A stretch of DNA of 11,976 nucleotides from Opitutales bacterium (lineage in GTDB: Bacteria > Verrucomicrobiota > Verrucomicrobiia > Opitutales > Coraliomargaritaceae), in contig JBMYNR010000043.1 of assembly GCA_049598495.1 (NCBI GenBank), positions 1-11,976 on the forward strand. Reading direction: 5' to 3'. Made by a program: the position numbers and the translations under genes. Position 1 is the stretch's first letter. Each line of letters begins with the position of its first letter. Below, one piece after another: positions 1 to 7,522 of the stretch. The notes beneath the pieces were generated by a model that made no database searches, had not been told where the DNA came from, and saw nothing but the letters and a program-made list of their open reading frames with translations.

Positions 1-169
1 ATCCCGTAACAAGATAAAGAACGACAACAACAAACTGGTGCAATATTCGGGCTAACAACGACTCAACGGCGCGCGCGTCCTTTCTTCCAGAGGTAACCGT
101 TATCCTTGTGTGAAGGATGGATTGAGCCTTTAATCTTTTCCTTAATCCGATATTATCAAAACTGGATCC

Positions 170-535
170 ATGAATGACCAAGAGACGAATCTACAGGAAA
201 TCAAAGACAAGGTCCTCGACTTCGCGAAGGAGCGCGACTGGGAGCAGTTCCACTCGCCGAAGAACCTATCGATGGCGATCGCAGCAGAGGCTGCCGAGCT
301 GATGGAGCACTTTCTCTGGCAAAGCCCGGAGGTCTCGCGTCTGGATATGCATGCGAAGAATTTACGGGCCAAAGTAGAGGAGGAGCTTGCCGATGTCTTC
401 ATATTCGCAATCGAGTTCGCCAATATCACGGGCATGGATATCGCCGCAATTATTGAGGCGAAGATGGCTCAAAATGCAGAAAAATACCCCGTGGAAAAAG
501 CCAAGGGGCGAAGCGCCAAGTATACAGAGCTGTGA
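170..535 (+). CDS. MazG-like (all-alpha) nucleotide pyrophosphohydrolase, dCTP pyrophosphatase-like
   Basis: 121 aa with the family N-terminus FAKERDWEQFHSPKNL, acidic metal-binding helices AEAAELMEHF and EEELADV, and C-terminus KMAQNAEKYPVEKAKG. Confidence 0.9.
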   Translation: MNDQETNLQEIKDKVLDFAKERDWEQFHSPKNLSMAIAAEAAELMEHFLWQSPEVSRLDMHAKNLRAKVEEELADVFIFAIEFANITGMDIAAIIEAKMAQNAEKYPVEKAKGRSAKYTEL

Positions 536-572
536 ACCAATTGCCGTGCCTGGAAACTACACGGACACCACA

Positions 573-803
573 CTAGCCTTCTGTATTCGCTACTCGTGCA
601 GTTCGGGCAGAGCGCCAGTTCTCTCGATGTTTGCGAATCCAATCGAGGAGGGCGCGTTCGAAACCGATGTCATTCCCCTGTTTCTCGGACTCAATCCACT
701 TGTGTCGAAGAATTTCTTCACGTTCGGCCAAAAACTCCTGGTAGAGGGTCGAACGTTGGGCAAATCCCTGTTGCGGTCCGGTTTCTGGGGTCGTGGAGGG
801 CAT
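573..803 (-). CDS. Small conserved hypothetical protein, DUF4032-like
   Basis: 76 aa; EILRHKWIESEKQGNDIGFERALLDW resembles the DUF4032-type 'EI..HKW..SE..G.D.G...A..DW' pattern (recognised from memory); a sigma70-like promoter lies upstream. Confidence 0.75.
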   Translation of the reverse strand: MPSTTPETGPQQGFAQRSTLYQEFLAEREEILRHKWIESEKQGNDIGFERALLDWIRKHRENWRSARTARVANTEG

Positions 804-863
804 ATCTATCTTTTATGGCTTTTGTACGCGATGTGCTTGTTAAAAACTCGTTAAGATAAGCAT

Positions 864-892
864 ATTATGTTGCGTCCCTTGGCCAGTGTAAA
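864..892 (-). promoter_or_regulatory. Putative sigma70 promoter for the DUF4032-like gene
   Basis: Minus strand reads TTTACA (892-887), a 17-nt spacer, then CATAAT (869-864); each box is 5/6 to consensus, ~60 nt upstream of the ATG at 803. Confidence 0.5.
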
Positions 893-905
893 AAACGAAC
901 ACCGG

Positions 906-1979
906 CTATTTTTTTACGAGACGATCGAGTATTTGGCCGGCAATTTTTATGAATGCTTGTGCTGCGGCTGAGTCTGGATCGCTCACTACGATCGGGATGC
1001 CCTTGTCGCAACCGATACGAATATTCGGGTCAATGGGTATCTGGCCGAGCAGTTCGGTTTCGAGGGAGTTGGCGGTCTCCTGGCCACCGCCTTCGCCGAA
1101 AAGCCTTTGGTGAGAGCCGTCGGGGTTCTCGAGGTAGCTCATGTTCTCGATCACGCCAAGTTGCGGCACGCTCACTTTGTCGAACATTCTGGCCCCGCGG
1201 CGGGCTACGTTGGAGGCAGCAGGCTGGGGTGTGGTCACAATGATGGCACCCTCGAGAGGGAGCGTCTGGACGAGGGAGAGCTGAGCGTCTCCCGTTCCCG
1301 GAGGCAGATCGACGACGAGGATTTCGAGCTCCCCCCAGTTCACATTCTGTGCAAACTGCTGGATCGTCTTCATAATCATCGGACCACGCCAGACGACAGG
1401 TGTATCCTCATCTACGAGAAAACCCATCGACATGGTGCGCACGCCGAAGTTCTCGATCGGGAGGATCATATCGCTCTCGATCTCAGGACGTCCGGCGGCC
1501 CCCAGCATGAGTGGGATCGATGGCCCGTAAATATCGCAATCCATAATGCCGACACCCGCTTTGCCTTCTGCTTCGAGCAACTGCTGAAGGGCGCATGCGA
1601 GATTGACTGTTACTGTCGATTTGCCGACGCCTCCTTTGCCGCTGGCTACGGCGATGGCATATTTGACCTGCTGCATGGCGGGATTGTTGGCATTGCCGGG
1701 TTGCCCGCCACTTGCAGGATTCGGCTGTTGCTGGGGCTTCGAGATCTCCATCCGCACCTTGACCTCGGAGACACCATCCAAATCTCCCACGGTGGTCTTT
1801 ATATCGCTGGCGATCTTTTCCGGGATCGACTCGTCAGCGGTCGTTATTTCGATTCCGACCAGGGCCTGCTCGTCCTTTAGTTCCACCTCCCGAACCAAGC
1901 CGAAAGAGACGATGTCTCGGCTGAAGCCGGGGAATTTTACGGATTTAAGTGCCTCCTTGATTTGATCTGTGTCTGCCAT
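906..1979 (-). CDS. mrp: Mrp/ApbC/NBP35-family P-loop ATPase (Fe-S cluster carrier family) with N-terminal DUF59-like domain
   Basis: N-terminal VKFPGFSRDIVSFG, deviant Walker A ASGKGGVGKST, DIYGPSIP, WRGPM, VDLPPGTGD and ENMS motifs. Confidence 0.93.
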   Translation of the reverse strand: MADTDQIKEALKSVKFPGFSRDIVSFGLVREVELKDEQALVGIEITTADESIPEKIASDIKTTVGDLDGVSEVKVRMEISKPQQQPNPASGGQPGNANNPAMQQVKYAIAVASGKGGVGKSTVTVNLACALQQLLEAEGKAGVGIMDCDIYGPSIPLMLGAAGRPEIESDMILPIENFGVRTMSMGFLVDEDTPVVWRGPMIMKTIQQFAQNVNWGELEILVVDLPPGTGDAQLSLVQTLPLEGAIIVTTPQPAASNVARRGARMFDKVSVPQLGVIENMSYLENPDGSHQRLFGEGGGQETANSLETELLGQIPIDPNIRIGCDKGIPIVVSDPDSAAAQAFIKIAGQILDRLVKK

Positions 1980-2116
1980 GTTGGGATCTGTAATAAAAAG
2001 TGTAAGAAGGTGGTCTACTCAGCGCTCAATTCAACTCGAAATGGGTGAGTTTTGATCTTTTGTGCCCTCGGATTTTAGAGATTGCCAGCTTTGCGGGAAT
2101 TTCCAGACACTGCCCT

Positions 2117-3310
2117 ATGCGTTTACCTGTTCTGATTCTTCTCTGCTTGCTTTCGTTTTGTATCACGGCTCCGCTCTTTTCTGCGGGAGAAATCAATCTA
2201 CAGGCGCTCGAACGTGATGGGGAAGGCCGTGTCGCCATTTTTGTCGAAAGTAGCGATCCTGCCATCAAGACATTGGCTCGACGAGTCTTCAGTTTGCACG
2301 GCGGATATGCCTCCGCGCCTGCAGTAAGCGCTGCCTTTCAGATCCAGCTCGAGCGAGCCAGCGACAGGTCGGTTTTGCTTACGGTCGGATCGGGGCAACC
2401 TTATGTTGAACAGTTGCGTCAGACGCTCCCGGGTCGTGATCTGCAGGACGCGGTCCTGCGTGCCTGTGATCTTGTCGTGGAAGCGACCCTCCAATCTCCT
2501 GGTTTCTTTGCGGGTAAGCTGGCCTTCGTCGCGAAAAAGCGTGAGATTTCCGAAATCTACACCAGCGATCTACTGTTTAACCGTGTGACGCCTCTGACGC
2601 GCGACCGTGCCCTGGTGACGGGGCCGAAGTGGTCGCCCGATGGTCAAAGTATTGTCTATACGACTTATTTTAAAACAGGTTTTCCTGATGTTTACAGAAT
2701 TGATTGTGGAACCGGTCGTCGGGAGCCAATCGCGACCTACAGGGGCACCAATACCGGGGCTTCCTTTAGTCCGGATGGCAGGCGTCTTGCCATGTCGCTC
2801 TCGGGGACTGGAAATTCAGAGATTTACGTCTCTGATAATCGCGGAAAGGACCTGCAGCGTTTGACGAGTAACAAGAGTCTCGAAACCAGCCCAAGCTGGT
2901 CACCTGACGGTCGCCGTCTGGTCTATACCTCGGATGCCCCGGGTAAGCCTCAGCTCTATGAAATCTCGGCAAATGGCGGGCCGGCACGGCGTCTCCCGAC
3001 GAATATCAGCAGTTATTGCTCGGAGCCTGTATGGAATCCCGTCGATGACAGCTTAATTGCTTTTACAGCTTCTGTGAGCGGTGGTTTTCAGATTGCGCTT
3101 TACAATGCGAAGACGCGGAGCAGCAAGATTCTAACGCAGGGGGGCTCTTCCTTGGAACCGGTTTGGATGCGGGATGGCCGGCACCTCATCTTCACTCGAC
3201 GGGAAGGTGGCCATACAGGTCTGATGCTTCTTGATAGTGTGACTGGCCAAGAGCGCGCCCTTCATAAGTCGGGTCTCGGAAGCCTCTCGTCTGCGAGCTT
3301 CGTTTACTAG
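2117..3310 (+). CDS. tolB: TolB-like periplasmic beta-propeller protein (PD40 repeats)
   Basis: Start moved to ATG 2117 because MRLPVLILLCLLSFCITAPLFSA looks like a signal peptide; repeated WSPDG/FSPDG/WNP blades; GNSEIYV and GKPQLY segments typical of TolB. Confidence 0.8.
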   Translation: MRLPVLILLCLLSFCITAPLFSAGEINLQALERDGEGRVAIFVESSDPAIKTLARRVFSLHGGYASAPAVSAAFQIQLERASDRSVLLTVGSGQPYVEQLRQTLPGRDLQDAVLRACDLVVEATLQSPGFFAGKLAFVAKKREISEIYTSDLLFNRVTPLTRDRALVTGPKWSPDGQSIVYTTYFKTGFPDVYRIDCGTGRREPIATYRGTNTGASFSPDGRRLAMSLSGTGNSEIYVSDNRGKDLQRLTSNKSLETSPSWSPDGRRLVYTSDAPGKPQLYEISANGGPARRLPTNISSYCSEPVWNPVDDSLIAFTASVSGGFQIALYNAKTRSSKILTQGGSSLEPVWMRDGRHLIFTRREGGHTGLMLLDSVTGQERALHKSGLGSLSSASFVY

Positions 3311-3396
3311 AGCAGTTTCGAGTTTAACTTAAAGATGTAAATCTATTGCTGAAAAAGACCGTTCGCCTAAATGCAATAGGCACTGATACGGGTTTA

Positions 3397-3414
3397 ATTT
3401 GAGTCAGCTCAAAT
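3397..3414. terminator. Short hairpin between convergent tolB and ruvA, possible terminator element
   Basis: ATTTGAG-TCAG-CTCAAAT is a perfect 7-bp inverted repeat, but it is AT-rich and has no clear U-tract. Confidence 0.25.
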
Positions 3415-3439
3415 GCAGAATGCGCTGGACACCACGGTC

Positions 3440-4039
3440 CTAGGAAAGCGCTTCCCGAATAAGCGCTTCGACTTCGACCTCGGAGCCGAGTTTCGAAGAG
3501 GCTTTCCGGATTAGTTTATCCGCATCGGCCGGTTTGTATCCAAGGGTCATTAGACTGGAGACGGCATCCTGGAATGCACTCGGTTCATGGGCGACGGGAC
3601 GGCAGTCGGTGCCTTCGGTTACGGCCCTTGGTTGGAGTCCTACTATGTCCTTAAGCTCAATCACAAGACGTTCAGCAGTTTTTTTACCGATCCCCGGGCA
3701 TTTCGAGAGCAGCGCGATATCTGAGTTAGCAATGGCACTCTGTAGTAGTTCCGGTGACATCCGGCTCAACATGCTGATTGCGATCTTCGGGCCGATGCCG
3801 GATACCTTTTCAACGAGCAATCTAAAGAAATCACGGTCTTCACGACTGGCGAAGCCGTATAGTGTGGCACTATCCTCCCGATAGACCGTATGGATAAACA
3901 GTGTGCATTCGGCACCCGACTCAGGGAGATTCTCGGCGGTGGTTACGGGAATGTGCACCTCATAACCGATGCCCATCGTTTCGATCAGCACCATGAGTGG
4001 CGTCGATTCAAGAATGGTGCCTCGGATGCGTGCGATCAT
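3440..4039 (-). CDS. ruvA: Holliday junction branch migration protein RuvA
   Basis: MIARIRG start, GIGYEV, REDSATLYGF, HhH motifs VSGIGPKIA and CPGIGKKTAERLVIELK, C-terminal domain AVSSLMTLGY. Confidence 0.97.
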   Translation of the reverse strand: MIARIRGTILESTPLMVLIETMGIGYEVHIPVTTAENLPESGAECTLFIHTVYREDSATLYGFASREDRDFFRLLVEKVSGIGPKIAISMLSRMSPELLQSAIANSDIALLSKCPGIGKKTAERLVIELKDIVGLQPRAVTEGTDCRPVAHEPSAFQDAVSSLMTLGYKPADADKLIRKASSKLGSEVEVEALIREALS

Positions 4040-4043
4040 GCGT

Positions 4044-4144
4044 TGGAACGTCGAACGTCCGACATCGAACGTCCAATGGTGAATGTAAGGGTGGGCAACT
4101 TTGGCAGTGTGTAATTCAATATTCGAAGTTGGATGTTCGATGTT
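4044..4144. repeat. Inverted pair of degenerate heptamer tandem arrays
   Basis: Left arm TGGAACG-TCGAACG-TCCGACA-TCGAACG-TCCAATG (4044-4078); right arm ATTCAAT-ATTCGAA-GTTGGAT-GTTCGAT-GTT (4114-4144) is approximately its reverse complement. Confidence 0.8.
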
Positions 4145-4157
4145 TGTGCCGCAGGCA

Positions 4158-4895
4158 CTAGTCGGTTAGCCCCAATACGTCTTCCATATTGTAAACCCCT
4201 GGTGCCTGCCCAAGTGCCCACTGAGCCGCGCGGACGGCACCCTGGGCGAATATCTTGCGGTCACTCGCCTTATGGGTGAGCTCAACGCGCTCACCGTCGC
4301 CGATGAAATAAACCGTGTGTTCCCCGACGATGTCGCCACCGCGAATTGCGTGGACGCCGATCTCTTTTTGTGGGCGGGCACCGACGAGACCTTCACGACC
4401 GTGGACGACTTCTCCGTCGCTTAATTCATAGCCCTCTTTGAGAATCTCGATTAAGCGCTCTGCAGTACCACTGGGTGCATCCTTCTTATGATGGTGATGC
4501 ATTTCCAGGACCTCGGGTTCGTATTGTTCGCCGAGAATATTGGCCGCCTTTCGGGTGAGGTAGTTCAGTGTATTGACGCCTACGGAGTAATTGCCTGCCC
4601 AGACGACGGGGACCTTGCCATCCACCGTATTAAGAATGGCTTGTTTCTCATCTGCAGTGTGGCCCGTGGTGCCAATGACAAGTGGAAGGCCATGTGCGAC
4701 CGCAAGCTCTGCGATCCGCTGGGTGACTTCGTGGAAGCTGAAGTCGATGATTGCCTCACAGTCGGTTATTCGGGCGCTTGGATCATCGCCGACATCACAG
4801 GCTGAGATAATTTCGGCATTATTGGCTTCGGCAATTGCGATAATCGCCAAGCCCATGCGGCCGCGAGCGCCATTTAAGAGGAGTTTGAGTGCCAT
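4158..4895 (-). CDS. dapB: 4-hydroxy-tetrahydrodipicolinate reductase
   Basis: Rossmann motif NGARGRMG, IDFS, VIGTTG, catalytic EMHHHHKKDAPSGTA, RGGDIVGEHTV, FAQGAVRAA. Confidence 0.97.
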   Translation of the reverse strand: MALKLLLNGARGRMGLAIIAIAEANNAEIISACDVGDDPSARITDCEAIIDFSFHEVTQRIAELAVAHGLPLVIGTTGHTADEKQAILNTVDGKVPVVWAGNYSVGVNTLNYLTRKAANILGEQYEPEVLEMHHHHKKDAPSGTAERLIEILKEGYELSDGEVVHGREGLVGARPQKEIGVHAIRGGDIVGEHTVYFIGDGERVELTHKASDRKIFAQGAVRAAQWALGQAPGVYNMEDVLGLTD

Positions 4896-4908
4896 GGTAT
4901 GAAGAGGA

Positions 4909-5802
4909 TTAGTGGACGAGGCCGAGCTCCCCTAGGATGGTATCGAGTACGGATTGCGTTGCGCTGGTTAGGGGACTCAGTGGTAGGCGAACTTCATCGG
5001 ATGTAATGATGCCGGCCTGCTTGAGGGCATACTTGATCGGCACCGGATTTGGCTCGAGGAAAATCGCTTTGAAGAGCGGGTAATACTTCAGGAAGGTTGC
5101 TCTCGCAGCCGTGTAGTCGTCGGTATTGGCCGAACGTACCATTTCGACAAGCGGTTGAACTACCAGATTGGAGGCCACGCTAATGACACCCCTTGCCCCT
5201 GCTGACATAAATGGTAGTGTGAGACCATCGTCGCCGCTCATGACAGCATAGTCAGGTCCAAGTGTGCGAACATACTCGACAACCTTTTCGCAGGAGCCCT
5301 CGGCAGCCTTCATGCAGCACACGTGCGGATATTTTTCAAATAGGCGTGCCGTGACGTCTACGGAAATTTCAATGCCACAGCGCGAAGGAATCGAATAGAG
5401 GATGATGGGCTTTTCCGTGCTCTCAGCGATTTGACTGAAATGGGTGAAGAGACCTTCTTGGCTCGGCTTGTTGTAGTAGGGCGCGACCACGAGAAAACCG
5501 TCCGCGCCGGCCTTGTCGGCCTCGCGGGTCAAAACAGCGGCTTCGTGAGTCGAGTTGGAACCAGTGCCTGCATAGACGGGCACCTTACCGCCGGATGCCT
5601 TCACCGTAGCGCGGACGACCTCAATGTGCTCCGTCTTATTCAATGTCGGAGACTCGCCCGTGGTGCCGACCGAGACAAGACCGTCGATCCCGCCTTCCAG
5701 TTGATGAGCGACGAGTTTTTCTAAGTCACCATAGGCAACCTCACCTGCATCCATGGGAGTTGCCAGCGCGGTAAAAACACCTGAGAATTGGTTTGTATTC
5801 AT
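4909..5802 (-). CDS. dapA: 4-hydroxy-tetrahydrodipicolinate synthase
   Basis: Start moved to ATG at 5802 (MNTNQFSGVFTALATP, 297 aa). Motifs GTTGESPTL, GTGSNST, PYYNKPSQEG, ILYSIPSR, Schiff-base Lys in CMKAA, SGDD, EPNPVPIK; adjacent to dapB. Confidence 0.96.
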   Translation of the reverse strand: MNTNQFSGVFTALATPMDAGEVAYGDLEKLVAHQLEGGIDGLVSVGTTGESPTLNKTEHIEVVRATVKASGGKVPVYAGTGSNSTHEAAVLTREADKAGADGFLVVAPYYNKPSQEGLFTHFSQIAESTEKPIILYSIPSRCGIEISVDVTARLFEKYPHVCCMKAAEGSCEKVVEYVRTLGPDYAVMSGDDGLTLPFMSAGARGVISVASNLVVQPLVEMVRSANTDDYTAARATFLKYYPLFKAIFLEPNPVPIKYALKQAGIITSDEVRLPLSPLTSATQSVLDTILGELGLVH

Positions 5803-6069
5803 AGGGGCTGAAAAATGATATTCATTGGTAGCAAACTTACGTACAGCCCCTAGCACGAGCATAAGTTCTGTATGTTCAACAGAAAAATCATTCCAAACGA
5901 TGACAATTAATGGGGTATTATTCTCAACAACCCACGGCCCATTGGATTCGGCGATCAAAAATGGATCTGCTTAGAAGGGGCAATGCCTCAATCAATTCAG
6001 CAAATTCATGCCTGCTCGTGATCGACCCTAAGCGTATTTTCTGAGCATCGGTGGTATTGGAGTAGAAGT

Positions 6070-7266
6070 ATGCGCTGTCTTATTATTGGCAAGGTATGGC
6101 CGGAGCCGTCATCGACAGCGGCGGGGCGACGAACCCTCGACCTGGTCGAGACCCTGTTAAGCACAGGCTGGCAAGTGGATTTTGGGTGTGCCGCCCGGAG
6201 AAGTGAGCATGCCTGCGATCTTTGCGCTCTTGGAGTGCGAGAGCACAGGCTCCAATTAAACCATTCGGGTTTTGATGACTGGATATCAGCGCTTGATCCT
6301 GATGTGGTCATCTTCGATCGGTTCATGACGGAGGAGCAGTTCGGCTGGCGGGTGGCTGAGCATTGCCCTAAAGCGCTGCGAGTTTTGGACACGAGCGATC
6401 TGCATTGCTTGCGGGCAGCGCGCGAAGAGCAGTTAAAGCGTGGCGATCATTTGCGGTTACATAATGAGACGGCATTGCGTGAGGTCGCAGCTATCTTCAG
6501 GTCGGATCTTACGATGATGATTTCTGAGTTTGAAATGGATCTTTTAAATCGTGAGTTAGGGGTGCCCGACCACTTGTTGACCTACTGGCCCTTTGCGGTT
6601 GAACCCCCGGAGGTGGCTCCATCCTTTGAGCAGCGCGAGCACTTTATTATGATCGGCAGTCTGCTGCATGCGCCAAACCTCGATGCGGCCAGATGGTGCC
6701 GGGACTATGTCTGGCCGCAGATACGAAAAGAGCTACCTCGTAGTGAGCTTCATTGTTATGGATCCTATGGTGAGCGTTTCGCAGGTGAATTGGATTCGCC
6801 CGAAAGAGGTTTTCTGTTCAAGGGGCGTGCGGAGTCAGCACTCGAGACAATGGCGCAGTATCGTGTGAATTTGGCACCACTGCGATATGGTGCCGGCCTC
6901 AAGGGCAAGGTCTTCGACGGCTTTCTCTCTGGGACGCCCACGGTGATGACACCGATTGCTGCAGAGGGTATTTTTATTGAATCCGACTGGGGTATGGACA
7001 GCGCAGGGGCTTTTTCGAAGGAGGCAGTCAAATTGTATTCGCATCGTTTGGTTTGGGAGGAGCGATGCGAGAGGGAACACACTGTTTGTCGCGAACGCTT
7101 TGATCGGGCGGCGTGGCGGCAGCGATTGCCGCAGGTTCTCGAGTATGCCTGGCGATCGCGCCAGGATCATCGAAAAGTGAATTTTGTCGGTCAGATGCTT
7201 CGGCACCATCTGCACCGTAGTACGGAGTTCATGAGTCGGTGGATCGAAGAAAAGAACCGATCTTGA
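6070..7266 (+). CDS. GT-B fold glycosyltransferase (GT4-like), substrate unknown
   Basis: N-terminal IIGKVWPEPSSTAAGRR, DRFMTEEQFGWRV, LDTSDLH; C-terminal IGSLLHAPNLDA and APLRYGAGLKGKV...GTPTVMTPIAAEG nucleotide-sugar-binding region. Confidence 0.85.
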   Translation: MRCLIIGKVWPEPSSTAAGRRTLDLVETLLSTGWQVDFGCAARRSEHACDLCALGVREHRLQLNHSGFDDWISALDPDVVIFDRFMTEEQFGWRVAEHCPKALRVLDTSDLHCLRAAREEQLKRGDHLRLHNETALREVAAIFRSDLTMMISEFEMDLLNRELGVPDHLLTYWPFAVEPPEVAPSFEQREHFIMIGSLLHAPNLDAARWCRDYVWPQIRKELPRSELHCYGSYGERFAGELDSPERGFLFKGRAESALETMAQYRVNLAPLRYGAGLKGKVFDGFLSGTPTVMTPIAAEGIFIESDWGMDSAGAFSKEAVKLYSHRLVWEERCEREHTVCRERFDRAAWRQRLPQVLEYAWRSRQDHRKVNFVGQMLRHHLHRSTEFMSRWIEEKNRS

Positions 7267-7361
7267 CTGCCTCCTGGGAAACGAGTGGCGCTTCCTGTAT
7301 CTACCAGATATACAATGACTTTATAAGTTTTTGGAATGATTTTAAGGGAGATGCTGATTTG

Positions 7362-7379
7362 CTGGCATGCCACCTGCTT
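7362..7379 (+). promoter_or_regulatory. Putative sigma54 (-24/-12) promoter of the phosphatase / synthase-phosphorylase operon
   Basis: CTGGCATGCCACCTGCTT has GG (7364-7365), exactly 10 nt, then GC (7376-7377), close to consensus YTGGCACGNNNNTTGCW; intergenic, correctly oriented, with an AT-rich tract upstream. Confidence 0.6.
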
Positions 7380-7522
7380 AAAGGCTTTCATGTTTTCGCA
7401 ATGCATATGTCTTATCGAACATTGGCTGCGCCCCAGGGCATGGTGCCTGACGCCTATTGAGTCTGAATCGTTCCCGATTCGAGTTGAATCTTTTATCTGT
7501 GCGCTCACTCCCTGTTGGTGAG

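Noticed and set aside
1..118. Open minus-strand frame running off the left edge (...LLARILHQFVVVVLYLVTG)
   Set aside because: Could be the start of a divergent membrane-protein gene, but there is no ATG or recognisable motif and too little sequence to call.
1107..1880. 257-aa plus-strand ORF
   Set aside because: Antisense shadow of mrp with no recognisable motifs.
2045..2116. N-terminal extensions in the ORF track for tolB (also dapA 5803-5958 and the phosphatase 7457-7522)
   Set aside because: Non-ATG starts with no family resemblance; downstream ATGs match the expected N-termini.
4036..4221. 61-aa ORF across the dapB-ruvA spacer
   Set aside because: Translation of the heptamer repeat overlapping the dapB 3' end; no coding evidence.
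5998..6013. Sigma54-like AGGCATGAATTTGCT on the minus strand toward dapA
   Set aside because: GG-to-GC spacing is 9 nt rather than the required 10.
5803..6069. Lysine riboswitch upstream of dapA
   Set aside because: Region is AT-rich and lacks recognisable conserved core motifs or the multi-helix layout; an Rfam scan would settle it.
7201..7450. NtrC-box-like half sites (GCACCA, TGCACC near 7203-7216; TGGTGC near 7441) and a possible glutamine riboswitch
   Set aside because: No properly spaced TGCAC-N7-GTGCA palindrome, and the leader does not match the glnA motif.
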